Shown in pieces: positions 48,262 through 61,787 of a DNA stretch of 64,000 bases; the stretch's first letter is position 1; the number at the start of each line of letters is the position of its first letter. The position numbers were made by a program, and so were the translations under genes. The stretch covers positions 114,578,001 through 114,642,000 of the forward strand of contig NC_058373.1 of NCBI RefSeq assembly GCF_018350175.1, written 5' to 3'. A model generated the notes under the pieces. It worked only from the letters and a program-made list of their open reading frames with translations, had not been told where the DNA came from and did not search any database. This DNA comes from Felis catus (lineage: Eukaryota).

Positions 48262-49216
48262 TTAAAAATTTTTTTTTAATCTTTATTTTTGAGAGTGAGA
48301 GAGAGACAGAGCATGAGCAGGGGAGGGGCAGAGACAGAGAGGGAGACACAGAATCTGAAGCAGGCTCCAGGCTCTGAGCTGTCAACACAGAGCTCGATGT
48401 GGGGCTCGAACTCAAGGACCACGAGATCATGACCTGAGCTGAGGTTGGATGCTTAACCGACTAAGCCACCCAGGTGCCCCCAAAACACAACTTCCTGTTG
48501 CTAACATGTTAAATGTGGCTAGATATGCCTCCTCTAGGGGCAAGGTTCATGAGAAAAGGAGGGATGAGCAGGTTCCTTTCCAAGCCCAGTGAAAAGTTTA
48601 GTTCAAGAGACTGCTGAGGGTAGGGCCCTGCAGTGGCTCAGTCCATTAAGCATCTGAGTCTTGATTTCGGCTCAGGTCATGATCACACAGTTCATGAATT
48701 CAAGCCCCACATCAGGTTCTGTGCTGACAGTGTGGAGCCTGCTTGGGATTCTTTCTCCCCCTCTCTCTCTGCCCTTCTCCTCCTCATTCTCTCTCCCTCA
48801 AAATAAATAAACATTAAAAAAAAAAAGGCTGCTGAGGAAAAAGATGCAGTTCAATTCTTATTTAAACATCATCAAAATGGAAAGCAATTAAGTAGCAAGT
48901 GTTCTGATCTACATAGGTGACCATGACAAGCTTGATGTAGCAGCTCTAAGCCTTCTTCTCTTTGTGATACTGTACTAAATTAAGAAATTTGTCAGGGGTG
49001 CCCAGGTGGCTCAGTCAGTTAAGCGTCCGACTTCGGCTCAGATCAGGATCTCATGGTTCGTTGGTTCGAGCCCCATGTTAGGCTCTGTGCTGATAGCTCA
49101 GAGCCTGGAGCTTGCTTCGGATTCTGTGTCTCCCTCTCTTTTTGCCTCTCTCCTGCTCATGCTTGGTCTCTCTCTCTCTCAAAAACAAATAATAAACATT
49201 AAAAAAATTAAAAAAA
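48262..49216. mobile_element. Three CAN-SINEs: 48262-48480 (-), 48623-48825 (+), 48996-49216 (+)
   Basis: Each has a head, (CT)n region and tail. Confidence 0.9.
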
Positions 49217-51049
49217 GAAATTTGTCCATCTACCAAGAAAATCTATACAGACAGAGACCTAAAATTGCTACTCAAGGGTTCTCCACACTCTCTAATCTGG
49301 CTTCCTAGACCTTCTGGGCCCATCTCTCGCTAGCCTTCCTGCCTTATATCTTAGATCTGTCTTCTTGTGCACTTCATTTTGGCCAAACATGATCATTTTC
49401 TGAACAGGTCCTACACTTCACTGTTTCTGAGTATTATTTCTTAGTATAATGCCTGGAACACTGTAGGTGATCAATAAATATTTACTGATTCAATGAAATA
49501 ATTAACTACCCATTCCCTCTACTTAGAATGTTCCTGGTATCTTATTCTTCTTCCTTTTACAGTCTTTATTCTTCAAAATCGAGTTCAAATATTGCCTGCC
49601 TGAGGTTACCACAGACGGGAAAACTCTCTTTCCCCCAGAGCATTTTGTTTATATCTCTTATGTAGATATTGCATTTCTTCATTATCTTTACTTCTTGTCT
49701 CTCCTACTGGGTCATCAATTCCTGGGGGACCTGCGTTACCTTTTTTTTCCTTTATGTTCCCCATAGGCCCTAGCACAAATGGCATACACAGGTATATCAT
49801 AAATGTCACAAGTATCATAATTGAATAAATGAATACTGGTCTTTGAGGGAAAAAAATGTCAGCATTTGTCCTATCTTGCCCCTCTGTGTTTAAATACAAA
49901 ACAAACCCCCTCATTTGCTCAGTGTGGACATTCAGGGAGTTAGAAAACTGTTATGGGTGAGAAGAGGTTGGCCCTGACAGCAGGGATTCTACTCTGAGTT
50001 AAAAAGGCAGCAGTAAAGGACAAGGGAGAAGGTGAAGTGGAGAGAAAAAAGAGCTCAGACGGGGCTAAAACATTATGCTCTTGGGGCCATTGGTCCTCTC
50101 AGAAATAGCAAACAGGAAAGTGACACTTATTAAAATAGTCAGAAATTGTCAGCCACAGGTAATTCACAAGGCACTCCTGGATGGCAAGTCACTGTTAGCA
50201 TCCTTACTTGACAGATGGGAAACAGACTCAAATAACTGTTCAAGGGCACCAGTTGTGTTGACTTAAGGTTTCAAATGGCTAATCAGGCCTCTTGGTAGGG
50301 CAGCATTCAGACCCCATGGGAACCTGGAAGCAGTGAGTTCCATAGTTAAGTCTGGATAACCTCCCAGAGAAAACATTTTCTTCTCTTTCTCCTCTGAGAA
50401 CTTGGCTAGTTTCCAAACATGACCTTTAGGGTAAGGCCTCCAGTTGACTAAACAATAAATGGGGAGACTAAGTACAGAAGCATCCCAGAGTACATAGCCA
50501 AACAGGAATCTCTCTTCTAAAGGAGATGTCCAAGCTGGGCTCTGAGAAAGAGAATGACGTCACCAGGCCGAGAGAGGCCATGCTACTGTGCCAACCCATT
50601 AGTCATCGGCCAAAGGAGAAGAGAAAGCAATTCAAGGGACAGAGCCAACTCCACAACTGCTCAGTGAAGGACTCTTAAGATGACCACCTCTAGCAGGGGC
50701 CTCTGGCTGCCTGCTGCCTTCCACCAGCATGGGAGTGTGACAGGACATTGGGAAGAACAAGAAACAGGGCTCTATCCTAACTACCACTAATCAGCTGTGT
50801 AATTAACCCCAGATGGGTAGTTTATCATTTAAATCTCATCATCTATAAAAAGAAAAAGTCCATAAAAATGATCCAGAAGTCCTGCTCCAGGTCTGTGGAA
50901 AAATATGTGCAATCATGAAAGTCAGTCCTGATCCATAGGACCAACAAAACTTAAATAAAGGAAGTTGGATTAAGGATAAATAAAAATACGACCCATACTC
51001 CAACATTACATTTCTGACAACTTCCCTTGCTCAGATATAACTTGAATAG

Positions 51050-51150
51050 TTAAAGAAAAAGAAAAAGAAAAAGAAAAGGAAAGGGAAAAAGAGAGGGAGG
51101 ATGGGAGGAAAAAAGGAAGGAAGGAGGAAAGAAGAGAAGAAAATGAAAAC
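51050..51150. repeat. Polypurine (GAAAAA/GGAA) tract
   Basis: Read directly from the sequence. Confidence 0.85.
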
Positions 51151-52001
51151 TGGTTTTCAATGTCATTTTAGGATAAAATATGAGGAGTTTTATCTTTTGG
51201 GGGGATTATCATCCATCCTTACTTAAAAATCAAGTTATCAATGAGTCCTGAAGAATTTATCATTTGCCCCAAACCTTCATTTTCTCCAATGTGGAAAAGG
51301 GTTACTAACTACTGGAATGTGAGTGATGTCCTTCTGTGGACACAGGCCAGGCTTGGTCTCTTGGTTGCAGGTTCCAGATACATTCCTTGGCTGGGTTCAG
51401 TTCATTGAGTCGATGTGCAACTAATGCAAGTGTTTAGCTTCAATCACAACCACATGCAGTGGTTTTTGATATGTTCTGAGACAATTTAGCTATGCTTCTG
51501 GCAGTCACTTAGTTATGTCTGTGCCATATTAGCATAGCAACTAATGCAAAGTGCACCCGAGTAACTGAGGGGACGGTGGCTTCCAGATGAGGTTTGGAAA
51601 ACAGAACTCATCAGACTCCAGATCAAAAGCTATCGGCAATGGAGTGGCATACAAATGGCATCTAGTTTCAAAGCCTGGTGACTATTTTTAAAAGAGGTCC
51701 TGAAAGGAGGGTTTTAAACCACTCTTTTTAATATCAATTTTTCAGTATTTTGTAGCATGTGAAAATAATCGAGAGGTTTTTAAAAGTAATCTGTGTCCAA
51801 CGTGGGGCTTGAACTCACAACCCCAAGATCAAAAGTCGTATGCTCTACTGACTGAGCCAGCCAAGTGTCCCAAAATAATTGAGAATTTTGATAGACCTTT
51901 AGTATGTTTAGATATGAGGTCCTATATATATTGTTCTAGTTTCTTCCCATTATGAATTATAATAATTTGTTTAAAACAGTTAGAAGGGAAAGATGCCTCA
52001 C

Positions 52002-52129
52002 CTTGATAATCTTTTCTACGCCAGAAGAGCAGATCATGTAGGTGTGAGGGTTAAATCGGACCTGGTTAACAATAGACCGATGCCCTTTCAGCACCATGAA
52101 GGCTCCGTTGACCACCCTACCAATGCCAC
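52002..52129 (-). CDS. DCAF5: DCAF5 penultimate coding exon (128 nt), last WD40 repeat: (G)GIGRVVNGAFMVLKGHRSIVNQVRFNPHTYMICSSGVEKIIK
   Basis: Acceptor tgtcttcccAG|GT and donor AAG|GTGAGG. Length is 2+42x3 nt, ending in phase 0 and joining IWSP of the last exon to give a typical WD40 blade (LKGH...V.F.P....I.S.G.EK.IKIW). Confidence 0.95.
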
Positions 52130-54765
52130 CTGGGAAGACAGAAGGAAACAAAAATCAAATGATGAAATGGAGCAAAGTAAAGAGGTTCCAGTAATGGCAG
52201 ACAAACAGTTCTGAACTGGAGCCAAGATTTTTTATTAACTATGCCATCAGCAGAATGCTTAATCTTACAGATAAAGTTGCTATGGAAAGAGGGAAGATGA
52301 AATATTCTCTCAGCATATGTGCTCTTACCAAGAGCCTTTATTTAGCCTGTAAGCATTGCCCACGCCCACCCCCTGCAATTCCATTGTCAATGAAGCCACA
52401 GGCACCTAAAACATTTCTCAAGTTTTTGATCCCCAAGATAGAACCCAAGTGTTACCTTAGAAAAGGCCAGTCATGAGCAAAATGAGACTGAACTACTTGG
52501 GAACAGTTAGGCAGCTGAGCCAGGGACATGCAGAACCAGAAGCATATAATTACTTAAATGCACAGAAAAATCTCTCATCTACTTGCCCTCAATTTCTATG
52601 ATGAAGGTAGCAAACAAAACAAACATATGAAAACCACGGGGAAAATAATGGAAAAAAATCCTTTTATTACCCTGATAATGGGGAGAGTTAGGGATAAAGA
52701 AAGGAGATCTGGGCCACTTCCATAATAGGAAGGGACCAGGTACTAAGAAGTGAATTAGAGTAAGGGCCTTAAAACCGTCACATATGGATTAAAATCAAGA
52801 GGCCACTAATAGAAAGCTGTATTTTAAGGACCGTCCTGTAGGCTTTCTTCTTCAGTGACTGAGAAAAGCACCAGAGGCCTGGAACATATAACACAGATGA
52901 AGATGTCATCATTTATACACTTGAAATAATCTCAAAGGTTCAACTTCACTGGTAAGGGCATCACACACAACATACACATCCATGTTCTAAACAAGGTCGC
53001 TTCTGAGCAACCATCAACAGCTTAGTACACATAAGCCAACCTGTGTCCCCAGCCAACTGGCAAAATGTGATGCGTTCAGACACAAACAAATAAGTGTCTG
53101 TTTATCTAAGCAATGAATACCATCGTAGCCCCTACCAGGAGCTTGGCACCACTAGGGCACAAAGTATCAATCAGTAGGCAGCCTTGGCTTCACATACTTC
53201 CACCCCACTCCCAACTCCACCTTGTTTAAACATTCATTCTAGACATTTCTCATCTCAGTGTCCTAGGGGGACAATGACTAGGAACAATATCCCTTCTCTA
53301 GACATAATCTGGTTCTGGAGAAGGTGTCTTCTTCTGCTTTTGGCCTCCTGACACAATTCCTCTTGTGACTCATGGAAGATATCCCTCTTTATTGCCATGT
53401 ACATATGTATCTTTTTTATGACAGTGAGAGTTTTCAGACTGCATTGATCTGTTCCTTGGTAGTGCCCACTTAACTAGCACTAGGTGCTTATTCTACTTGG
53501 TAAGTGACAAAAACGTCCTTTGCCTAATTTTCCCACCATAGTTGACATTATTAGTGTCTGAATTATCCAGGATGTATAATATACTTAAAGTTATCCATAT
53601 CTCAACCCAACATCATCAAGTTTGCTAATAAACCTTGGAGAGTGACTAGACCATAGAATAAATGTGTTTTCACGGATCAGGAAAGGTTAAGCACTAAAGT
53701 AGGCTGCCATGATGGGAATCCCTAGGCAGCCTGAGTGTACTGGGTTCCTAGAGTGGAGTGGGAGGAGGGGAAGGTAACTTGAGCCTAATCAAAATAAAAA
53801 TAAACTTGAGAAAATTAAGGACAAGAGATCCATGGGAATCTAAACCAGTCGTCTCAACATAGGGATCTTACCACCCCCCAAAGATTTCCCTTGGATTTTT
53901 TTTTTCTTAATATAAGGTTGATTCAAAAAGTAGCATTCCCATTCATGGTTTTCTTCTGAATTCTACCCATACCTGTGCTGGGGTAGTCACTTAGCAAAGA
54001 ATCTTTGGGTTAAACCTAGTACGGATCTCTTATTTAATCCTACTGCCTCCAAGAAAAGTAATTTAAATGACTCAGAGAATGTGAGTGATTTCTTCCTAAC
54101 CATACAGCTAGTAAATGGCAGAGTCAGGATATGAACCAGAGCCTGTTTGGCTATAACACCCAATATCCTTTCCACTGTAACAGTGGCCTTTAAGAGATGA
54201 AAGGATTTGAATAGGGATGGAGTCTGAAGCTCATAAAATCTTTCTAAATCTTTCTGGCAGTTATCATATGGGTTGGTTTTTTTTTTTTTTTATAAGTCAT
54301 CAACTTAAGAAAGGGGAAGGGGTAGACTCTATCCAATGGCATCCTGAGTACAAGCTCCATAGTATCACCATAAGACATTGCCAACACTGAATAGTTCACG
54401 AAAGAAGAACTGGCTCTCTTGCGTACCTAGAACTGGGGGCGCAATGCCTGAACCAAAAAGTACCTGCTTAGTAAGCACTTGTTGAATGGACAGTGTTTCA
54501 GGAGAGGGCAACTCTAGAATAAATACCACCAAAGGAGGACAGATAGAGCATCTCATGTCTTTAAGAATCAACTACCACAGAACTAAATTTTATCAACCAA
54601 ACTGATCTTAATCTGTTAAAGGTTATTTGGAATACAATTACAGTAACTTTTGGACTTGCAGAATAAGTGAAAGGGTACCCACATCTGTAAATTGAGACCA
54701 CGGGAAAACTTTCTATTGCTCTTCCATGCTATGTGACCTCATCTGATTTCTCTTCTTGGCAGCAA

Positions 54766-54968
54766 TTTTTTTTAAGTTTATTTATTTATTTTGAGAGAAA
54801 CACATATATCGCAAGTAGGGGAAGGGCAGAGAGAGAGAGGCAGAAAGAGAATCCCAAGCAGGCTCCACACTCCTGACATGGGGGCTCAAACTCACAAAAC
54901 TGTAAGATCCTGACCTGAGCTGAAACCAAGAGTCAGATGCTTAACCGACTGAGCCACCCAGGCACGCC
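54766..54968 (-). mobile_element. CAN-SINE
   Basis: Flanked by CAGCAATTTT direct repeats. Confidence 0.9.
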
Positions 54969-56692
54969 AGCAATTTTAATACAGATCTTCTCTCCTTCTT
55001 CCCACCCAAACTGATACCTAGGAAATCTGAAAAAGAGGAAATCCATAGAACCAAGAGACTGATGGTAAAAACAGATACAGGAAGAATTATGGCTGCCATG
55101 TGTTTAAGGTATCCAAGGCTGTGTACACAAAATCAGAAAAATGAATGGGTTTCAGGGAGGTTCTCGATAGTCCTCCTGGTTTCCAGGTTTGAATGATTGA
55201 ATATAGCTGATGGTGTATAGTTAGATACAATGATTTTTAGAGAATAAATTTTTATCAGTCCTGGAGATTTGTATAAATAAGATTTCTTCATTCTGAAATG
55301 GCTAAGGTCAAGATGCTACTATCAGTAAAAACTTGGGGTCTCCCCTCTCCATTACCTAGCCAGACCATGCCTGTCAATAGCAGGATCAAGTTGGCAGGAG
55401 TCAGGCAGGGAATATTTTTTTCTAAGAACTACATAATCTACACATTCTCCCTTCAGGATCATTTCTAAGACTGTGGTGACGGGACTGGTGAGGGTCAACC
55501 TCACCCCATGAGCTGAGTCAAGACCTAATCACTAATAATGGATACCAATGAAAAAGCACATACCCGGGAAGAGCCACCTTACTCATTTTTGAGCTGTCAT
55601 TTGTTTATACACTTCTGTACAAACCAACGATCATTGTGCTGGGCCATCTGCTCTGTCTGGCCCAACCAAACATGTTGGCATCATTCTGTAGGTTTTTTTG
55701 TTTTTTTGTTTTTTTTTTTTAAGTCAAGGCCAAAGTTGCTATATCTCCATCTTTCCTTTGGTTCAGAAGGGATGCCAGGGAGGTGAAGAAGGCTATAAAT
55801 AGGCTTTACCTATTTTACTGCAAGAGTTTAGAAAAGAAAAGGAGTGGGCCTCTCATAAGATTCCAGTATCAGTAACTGACTATCTTAGCAAGATTCCAAG
55901 AAACACAAGGGACTCAGAGAAAATACCTTACTTAGAACCCTGATAAAGACCTTTCTAAAATGCCAAAGCCAAGCGTCCCTCCAGAGAAGACAAGGCGCTA
56001 AGTGTATAGGCCCTCATTCCCCCTTCCTTACCTATGCTCCTCTTCCTACAACATTCAGCCAGAGATTTGTCCCCTTAGGACTTTCAAGGGTCAGGACAAC
56101 ATTCCCATTTCTTGCCAACTTCAGTTACTTCTGTTTGTCAATTTTATTTGTTTCAACAAAATCCTCTAAGAATGACTATGCTTTCAACTCAAAAGGTAAA
56201 AGCAACCTGGTCAAGATTTCTTGATGATTTAGTCTAACAGCAATTTATCAATCACATTGGGAAGAGGTCTTCAGTGGCACTTGGGGCTATAGAACAGGAC
56301 ACTTAAGTATGTTGTAATGAAATAAATCCCAAATCAACCTGGATAAAATACCAGTATTAATTTTCTTGTCAGAGTTTTTGGATTTTTCCCCCCTTCTATT
56401 AATTAATGGGTAGGACAAACTCTTTTGTGAGAATGGGAAGGAGAAACAATGGGTAACACTGAGATTAGGGATGGTGAAGTGTGAAAGTGGTAGTGAGGAA
56501 CCAGGAACAAAGACCAGATGACTGTAAGGGGCTGATGGAAGATAAGAAATTAAGATGGCAGGAGATAAATTTGCATTTCCAAGCAATAGAGTATTGACCC
56601 CCATGAACACAGTAAATATCCTCGATCTTCTAAGATTTATGCTGACACATCCAACATAGTAATAAGAGGACTGGACAGATAAGGGCTCAACA

Positions 56693-57554
56693 GGGGCTCC
56701 TGGGTGGCTCAGTTGGTTAAGCTTCCAACTTCAGCTCAGGTCATGATCTCACGGTTCGTGGGTTTGAGCCCTGTGTCAGGCTCTGTGCTGACAGCTCAGA
56801 GCCTGGAGCCTGCTTCAGATTCTGTGTTTCCCTCTTTCTCTGCCCCTCCCCCACTTGCACTCTGTCTCTCAAAAATAAATAAAACGTTAAAAAAAAAGGA
56901 CTTAACAAATGGTTCAATTGAAACTAGTGGAGAATATTGTTGGCTTAAAAAATTTTTTTAGGTTTAGTTATTTATTTTGAGAGAGAGCAAAAAAACACAG
57001 GCAGAGGAGGGGCAGAGAGAGAGAATCGGTTAAGCATCTGACTTCAGCTCAGGTCATGATCTCACGGTTCGTGAGTTTGAACCCTGCATGGGGCTCTGTG
57101 CTGACAGCTCAGAACCTGGATCCTGCTTTGAATCTGGTGTCTCCCCGTCTCTCCGCCCCTCCCCTGTTCACGCTGTCTCTATCTTCTCAAAAATAAATGC
57201 TTAAAAATTTTTTTTAAGTTTTAATTAATTTTTTTTTTTTCAGTAATCTCTATACCCATCATGGGGCTTCAACTCATGATCCAGAGATCAAGAGTTGCAT
57301 GCTCTTCTGACTGAACCAGCCAGGTTCCCCAGGAAAATATTGTGGGTTTTTTGTTTGTTTTTAGTTTTTTCTTAGGGTCTTTATTTATTTTGAGAGGCAG
57401 AGACAGCACAAGTGGGGAGGGGCAAAGAGAGGGGGAAAAAATCCCAAGCAGGCTCCGCACTGGCAGTGAGGCTTGAACTCACAAACTGTGAGATCATGAC
57501 CTGAGCCGAAATCAAGAGTGGGACCCTCAACCAACTGAGCCACACAGGTGCCCT
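56693..57554. mobile_element. Cluster of five SINE pieces: 56693-56897 (+), 56953-57026 (- tail only), 57027-57200 (+ headless), 57215-57330 (- short), 57345-57554 (-)
   Basis: Recognisable SINE segments read directly. Confidence 0.85.
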
Positions 57555-57879
57555 GAGAATACTGTTAAGAGTGGTATAAAAAAAAACCCTCAATATTCAG
57601 GTAAAAATGACAGATTACAGTAAATGAAAAGCTTGTAGCATTTCATGTGATAACTTTATCTGGTAGGCTCTAGGTTGGAATATTAAACAAAATCCTGCAG
57701 AATGTACTGATGGGGCAAGACGATGAGCAAATACTTAAAGGAGTGGTACTATTTTGGGGGGGGGGTGCGGGGGAGGAGAGAAGTTGAAAAATCAGGTAAG
57801 TGATCATTCAAATGATATAATGGAAATCAAATCTCTGGAATTACCTAGTCCTTTCCTAAGCAAGAAGACTTGGGCTTGG

Positions 57880-59470
57880 TGATAGTCACCAGAGAATCCA
57901 AAGGTTTCATTCAGTCCTCATCCTGCGTATTCGACCTGTCAGCAAGATCCAGCGTAGTTACCTCTCCTTTCTTCACTGCCTTCCTAGGATCACCATCTCT
58001 TGGTTTTCCTGCTACTTCATTGGTCACTCCTTGTTGGTTTCCTTTTTGGCTTCTCTCGCTGACTTTTTTTTTTTTAATTTTTTTCACTGTTTATTTTTTT
58101 AATGTTTATTATTTATTTTTGAAAAAGAGAGACAGGGAGACAGAGCGTGAGTGGGGAAGGGGCAGGGGAACACAGAATCTGAAGCAGGCTCCAGGCTCTG
58201 AGCTGTCAGCACAGGGCTCGAACCCACGAACCATGAGATCAAGACCTGAGCTGAAGTCAGATGCTTAGCTGACTGAGCCACCCAGGCGCCCCATCCTCTC
58301 CCTGACTTCTTAACACTTGAATGCCTTAGGGTTCGGCCTTTGCTCTCCTTCTTTTGACTAGGTATGCTCACCTGTTTGGTGATTTCATCCAGTCTTATGG
58401 CTTTAAATACAACCTACATATGACCATAACTCAAATTTTTATCTCTAGTCCAGAACGTTCTCTCAAACTCTAGAATTTCATACCTCTATATCCAAACTGT
58501 TCAATATCTATCTCTACCTGGATGTTTAAGAGACATCTCAAATGCTACCTGCTTCCCCTCTTCCCTTGGCAAATCTATCAGGAAATCCTGATGCATTTCC
58601 CTTCAAAACACAGCTAGACTGTAACCTCTATTACCTTGGCTCAAGCCACCATCACCAGTCACCTGTGTTATGTGAGACTCCTACCAGTCCTCACTCCTAT
58701 CTTTGGCAGCCCCACTCCCACCATCTATCCTCAACTCAGCAGCTAGAGCGATGCCGTTAAAATAAGCTGGATTGGGTCACTCCTCTGCTCAGAATTCTCT
58801 AATGGCTCCCCCGTTTCACCCACAGTAACAGCCTATAGGGACACTCCCTGTGCCCCACTTACCTCTGTGACTTCAACCCCTACTATTCCCCCCCTCCCTC
58901 ACTCTGCTTCAACACATTGATTTCCTTGTTGTTTCTCAAACACACGAGGCACAGTTTCGCTTCAGAACTTTGCACTAGTTCTACCTAAAATACTCTTCCC
59001 CCAGATTTCTGCATGGCTAACTGCCTTACCACTTTGAAGTTTTGCTCAAACGGGATCTCCTCAAAGAGGTCTATACTGAACATCCCATCTAAAAAAAATT
59101 ACATTTCCCTGCCCCCTCCATACCACTTCCTATCCTCCTTATTCCACTCTATTTATTTTCCATAGCACTTCTAACTTTTTAGACATAATTTACTGTGTCT
59201 ACTGTTTTTTTTTTTAGTTTATTTATTTATTTAAGTAATCTCTACACTCAGTGTGGGGCTTATCCACGATCGCCAGATCAAGAATTGCACGTTCCTTCGA
59301 CTGAGCCAGCCAGGTGCCCCTACTGTGTCTACTGTTTATGGTTTGCTTCTCTTGGTAGAGTATAAGCTCCATGATGGCAGGGATCTTTTGTTCCTTTGCT
59401 GTATATCCCAACACTTTAGAACAGTGCCTGCGTAGAGTAGGTTGTCAATAAACATTTGTCAAATGAATGA
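57880..59470 (+). mobile_element. L2 (RT remnant plus 3' end) interrupted by SINEs at 58064-58291 (-) and 59208-59320 (-, short)
   Basis: catccagtcttatggctttaaatacaaccta...ctcaaatttttatctctagtccaga RT-region motif; ends aataaacatttgtcaaatgaatgaa. 17-bp TSD TACTGTGTCTACTGTTT at 59191-59207 and 59321-59337. Confidence 0.85.
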
Positions 59471-61654
59471 AAAGATGTGCCTGTGGAATATAAGTATACT
59501 GGACAAGACCTAATCTTTGTTAGTGGGCTCCATCACCCAATGTGTGGATTATCAAGTGTTTCTCCATCTTCCCTTTGTCGGTGTTGGATGTTTCTTTTAC
59601 GGCAGTTGTACAATAGTAAGAATGGGGAAATAAAGGGGCTAACTCTTCCTTATGCTTCACAATCCTCTGAAATGCTAATTCCATGAAAACTTTACTGATC
59701 CTCCACATCTCTTCAAGACTCCTTTAATGATCTTTTCTATGGGCTTTGGAACCCTCTTTTAAATTAAGTGTGTTCACACACACACCCTTTTCTCATCTTT
59801 CTCAGACTGGAAGTTCTTTGCAGCCAAGAAAGTATTTATTCTTTCAATCACCTGTAGTGCTTTGCATAATGTCTTATGTTCGGATACTTAGGAAGTGAAC
59901 AAATTGAAGTAAATCCCCTCATCATCTTCTCCAAGGAACAAGCCTTGGAGGGGGAAGCTAAAGCTATTATTACCAAAATAATAATTTTGGGGAGTATCTG
60001 TTGAGGCAATTAATCTATTTCATTCCTGACACCACTGGTAGAATTAAGATGTTACTGCTCTGAGGGGCAAGGGACTACTTCTTTCCGTGCTATAGCTAAA
60101 AGGGTTGTTCAAATAACCTCAGTAATTCCAAAAGGCCTGAGTGAACACTCCCTGAGTCTCTAAGTTTCAAACAAACCATAAGAAGTACAATCAGGGTCCT
60201 GACAATACAGAGAGCAGTGGCTGCCTCGTGGGGAGGCACCTAACCACCTAGGAGTTTAAAAACAGCCAGACGAGGACAGCCAGTGCTGTCAGAAAAGCTC
60301 CAAGAACCCCACAGACTGCAGTGCTTAACTGCGCAAAAAGTCAGTTTATACTAGTTCCTCTTTCATCGTCTGTACTTCACATGCGTTTGCAACCAACTAC
60401 TCGTGACCAATTAAAACAGTTGTCTTCCAGCTACAAGGGAGGAAGAAGCAGATGCCCAGGCCTAACCCACTGAGAGTGAACGCATGTCTAGAAAAAGGAG
60501 GAGAGACAAGAGCACGCACACATATGCAGGGCCTGTGAAAATGCACGTACAGCTGTTTCCAGCCTACATCCGTGGCCTGCTGGCCGTGGGGGTGGCTGCA
60601 GCAACTGGGCAGTGAAACTGCATGTTTTTCCCCTCTATTCAGGGAAAAATCTGTCATAGAGCTTTCCCCCTCTTCAACTACTGATGAATCAAGAGCAACC
60701 CTCTTGATTCAAGCACATGCAAGAACAACTCAAATGGCCATTCACAAGGGCACCAGAGGAAGGCAATGTCTTGGATTCTAAGGAGTTTCTCAGAGAAAAG
60801 TTAAAAGGGAGAAAGCTTTCTTCACGAGAAATATCATTAAAGAGTAGCTATTGAATAACCCTCAACAATATCCCTAAGAAGGTAGATATTATTACTACGG
60901 TTGTACTGTTTATATTGCTAATATTCTTCCTTTACAGATGAAGAAATAAGTTTGGCACGGTTAAACAATTTTTCCAAAGGCTAATCCAGAAGACAAATGG
61001 ATCAGGTGTTCAAACACAGGCCTACCAACTCTATTACATTATGCTTCTTTCCATAAATAGTAAGGTCTTAGCATAGAGGCATATCTCAAGGGAAGCAACT
61101 CTATCTGTGAAAACCCTAAAGATCTTTACAGCAAGAATTAGGGGAAAGGGAAGGAGAAAGTAATATGAAGATTTTCCAGAGACACCCACCTCCACCACAT
61201 GTTGCCAAACTTCATTACTTCCATACCTAAGTTACTAGGGAGCTAGTATCTTAATATACATAGCAGTAACAATGTCTTACATTTGAAACGCATAGTTTTC
61301 AGAGAGCTCCCAAAACTGTTAAATCATTTCATGGGAGGAGAAGGATTTTTACAGAAGAAACTAACGCTCAGACAATTGCTGTAAGGTAACTCAATTAGCC
61401 AGTTAGTGGCAGCACTGGACTTGAATCCAGGTATGATTTTAAGCCTAATGCTTTTTCCAATAAACCACACTGGCTCTATACATAACTGTTGGTCTGTTTA
61501 TTTTAGCTTCAGAATGACCACATAAAAAAGATGCTCTTCCTATGTACTTCAGAAGAGCAAAACATTCTGATGGGCCTGTTCTTTGCCACAGCAGAATTCC
61601 CAGTTCTACTCATTCCTCTAATTTTTAGAAAGATTTCTAGAAAATGAGTTATTT

Positions 61655-61787
61655 TTTTTTAATATGAAATTGTCAAATTGGTTTCCATACAATACCCAGT
61701 GCTCATCCCAAAAGGTGCCCTCCTCAATGCCCATCACCCACCCTACCCTCCCTCCCATCCCCCCTCAACCCTCAGTTTGTTCTCAGT
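61655..61787 (-). mobile_element. 133-bp 5'-truncated young felid L1 3' end
   Basis: Minus strand reads G-rich tract...gggatgagcactgggtattgtatggaaaccaatttgac...poly(A). Perfect 15-bp TSD GAAAATGAGTTATTT at 61640-61654 and 61788-61802. Confidence 0.9.

Larger units (their letters stand above)
45206..52001 (-). other. DCAF5: DCAF5 last intron (6796 nt, GT-AG)
   Basis: Bounded by the donor GT at 52001-52000 and the acceptor AG at 45207-45206. Confidence 0.93.

Noticed and set aside
52720..52729. Perfect CArG box CCATAATAGG
   Set aside because: Several CC(A/T)6GG matches are expected by chance in 64 kb and there is no supporting context.
984..58371. Recurrent short ORFs like [23 protein letters not shown]... 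as a gene family
   Set aside because: These are translations of CAN-SINE copies, not genes.
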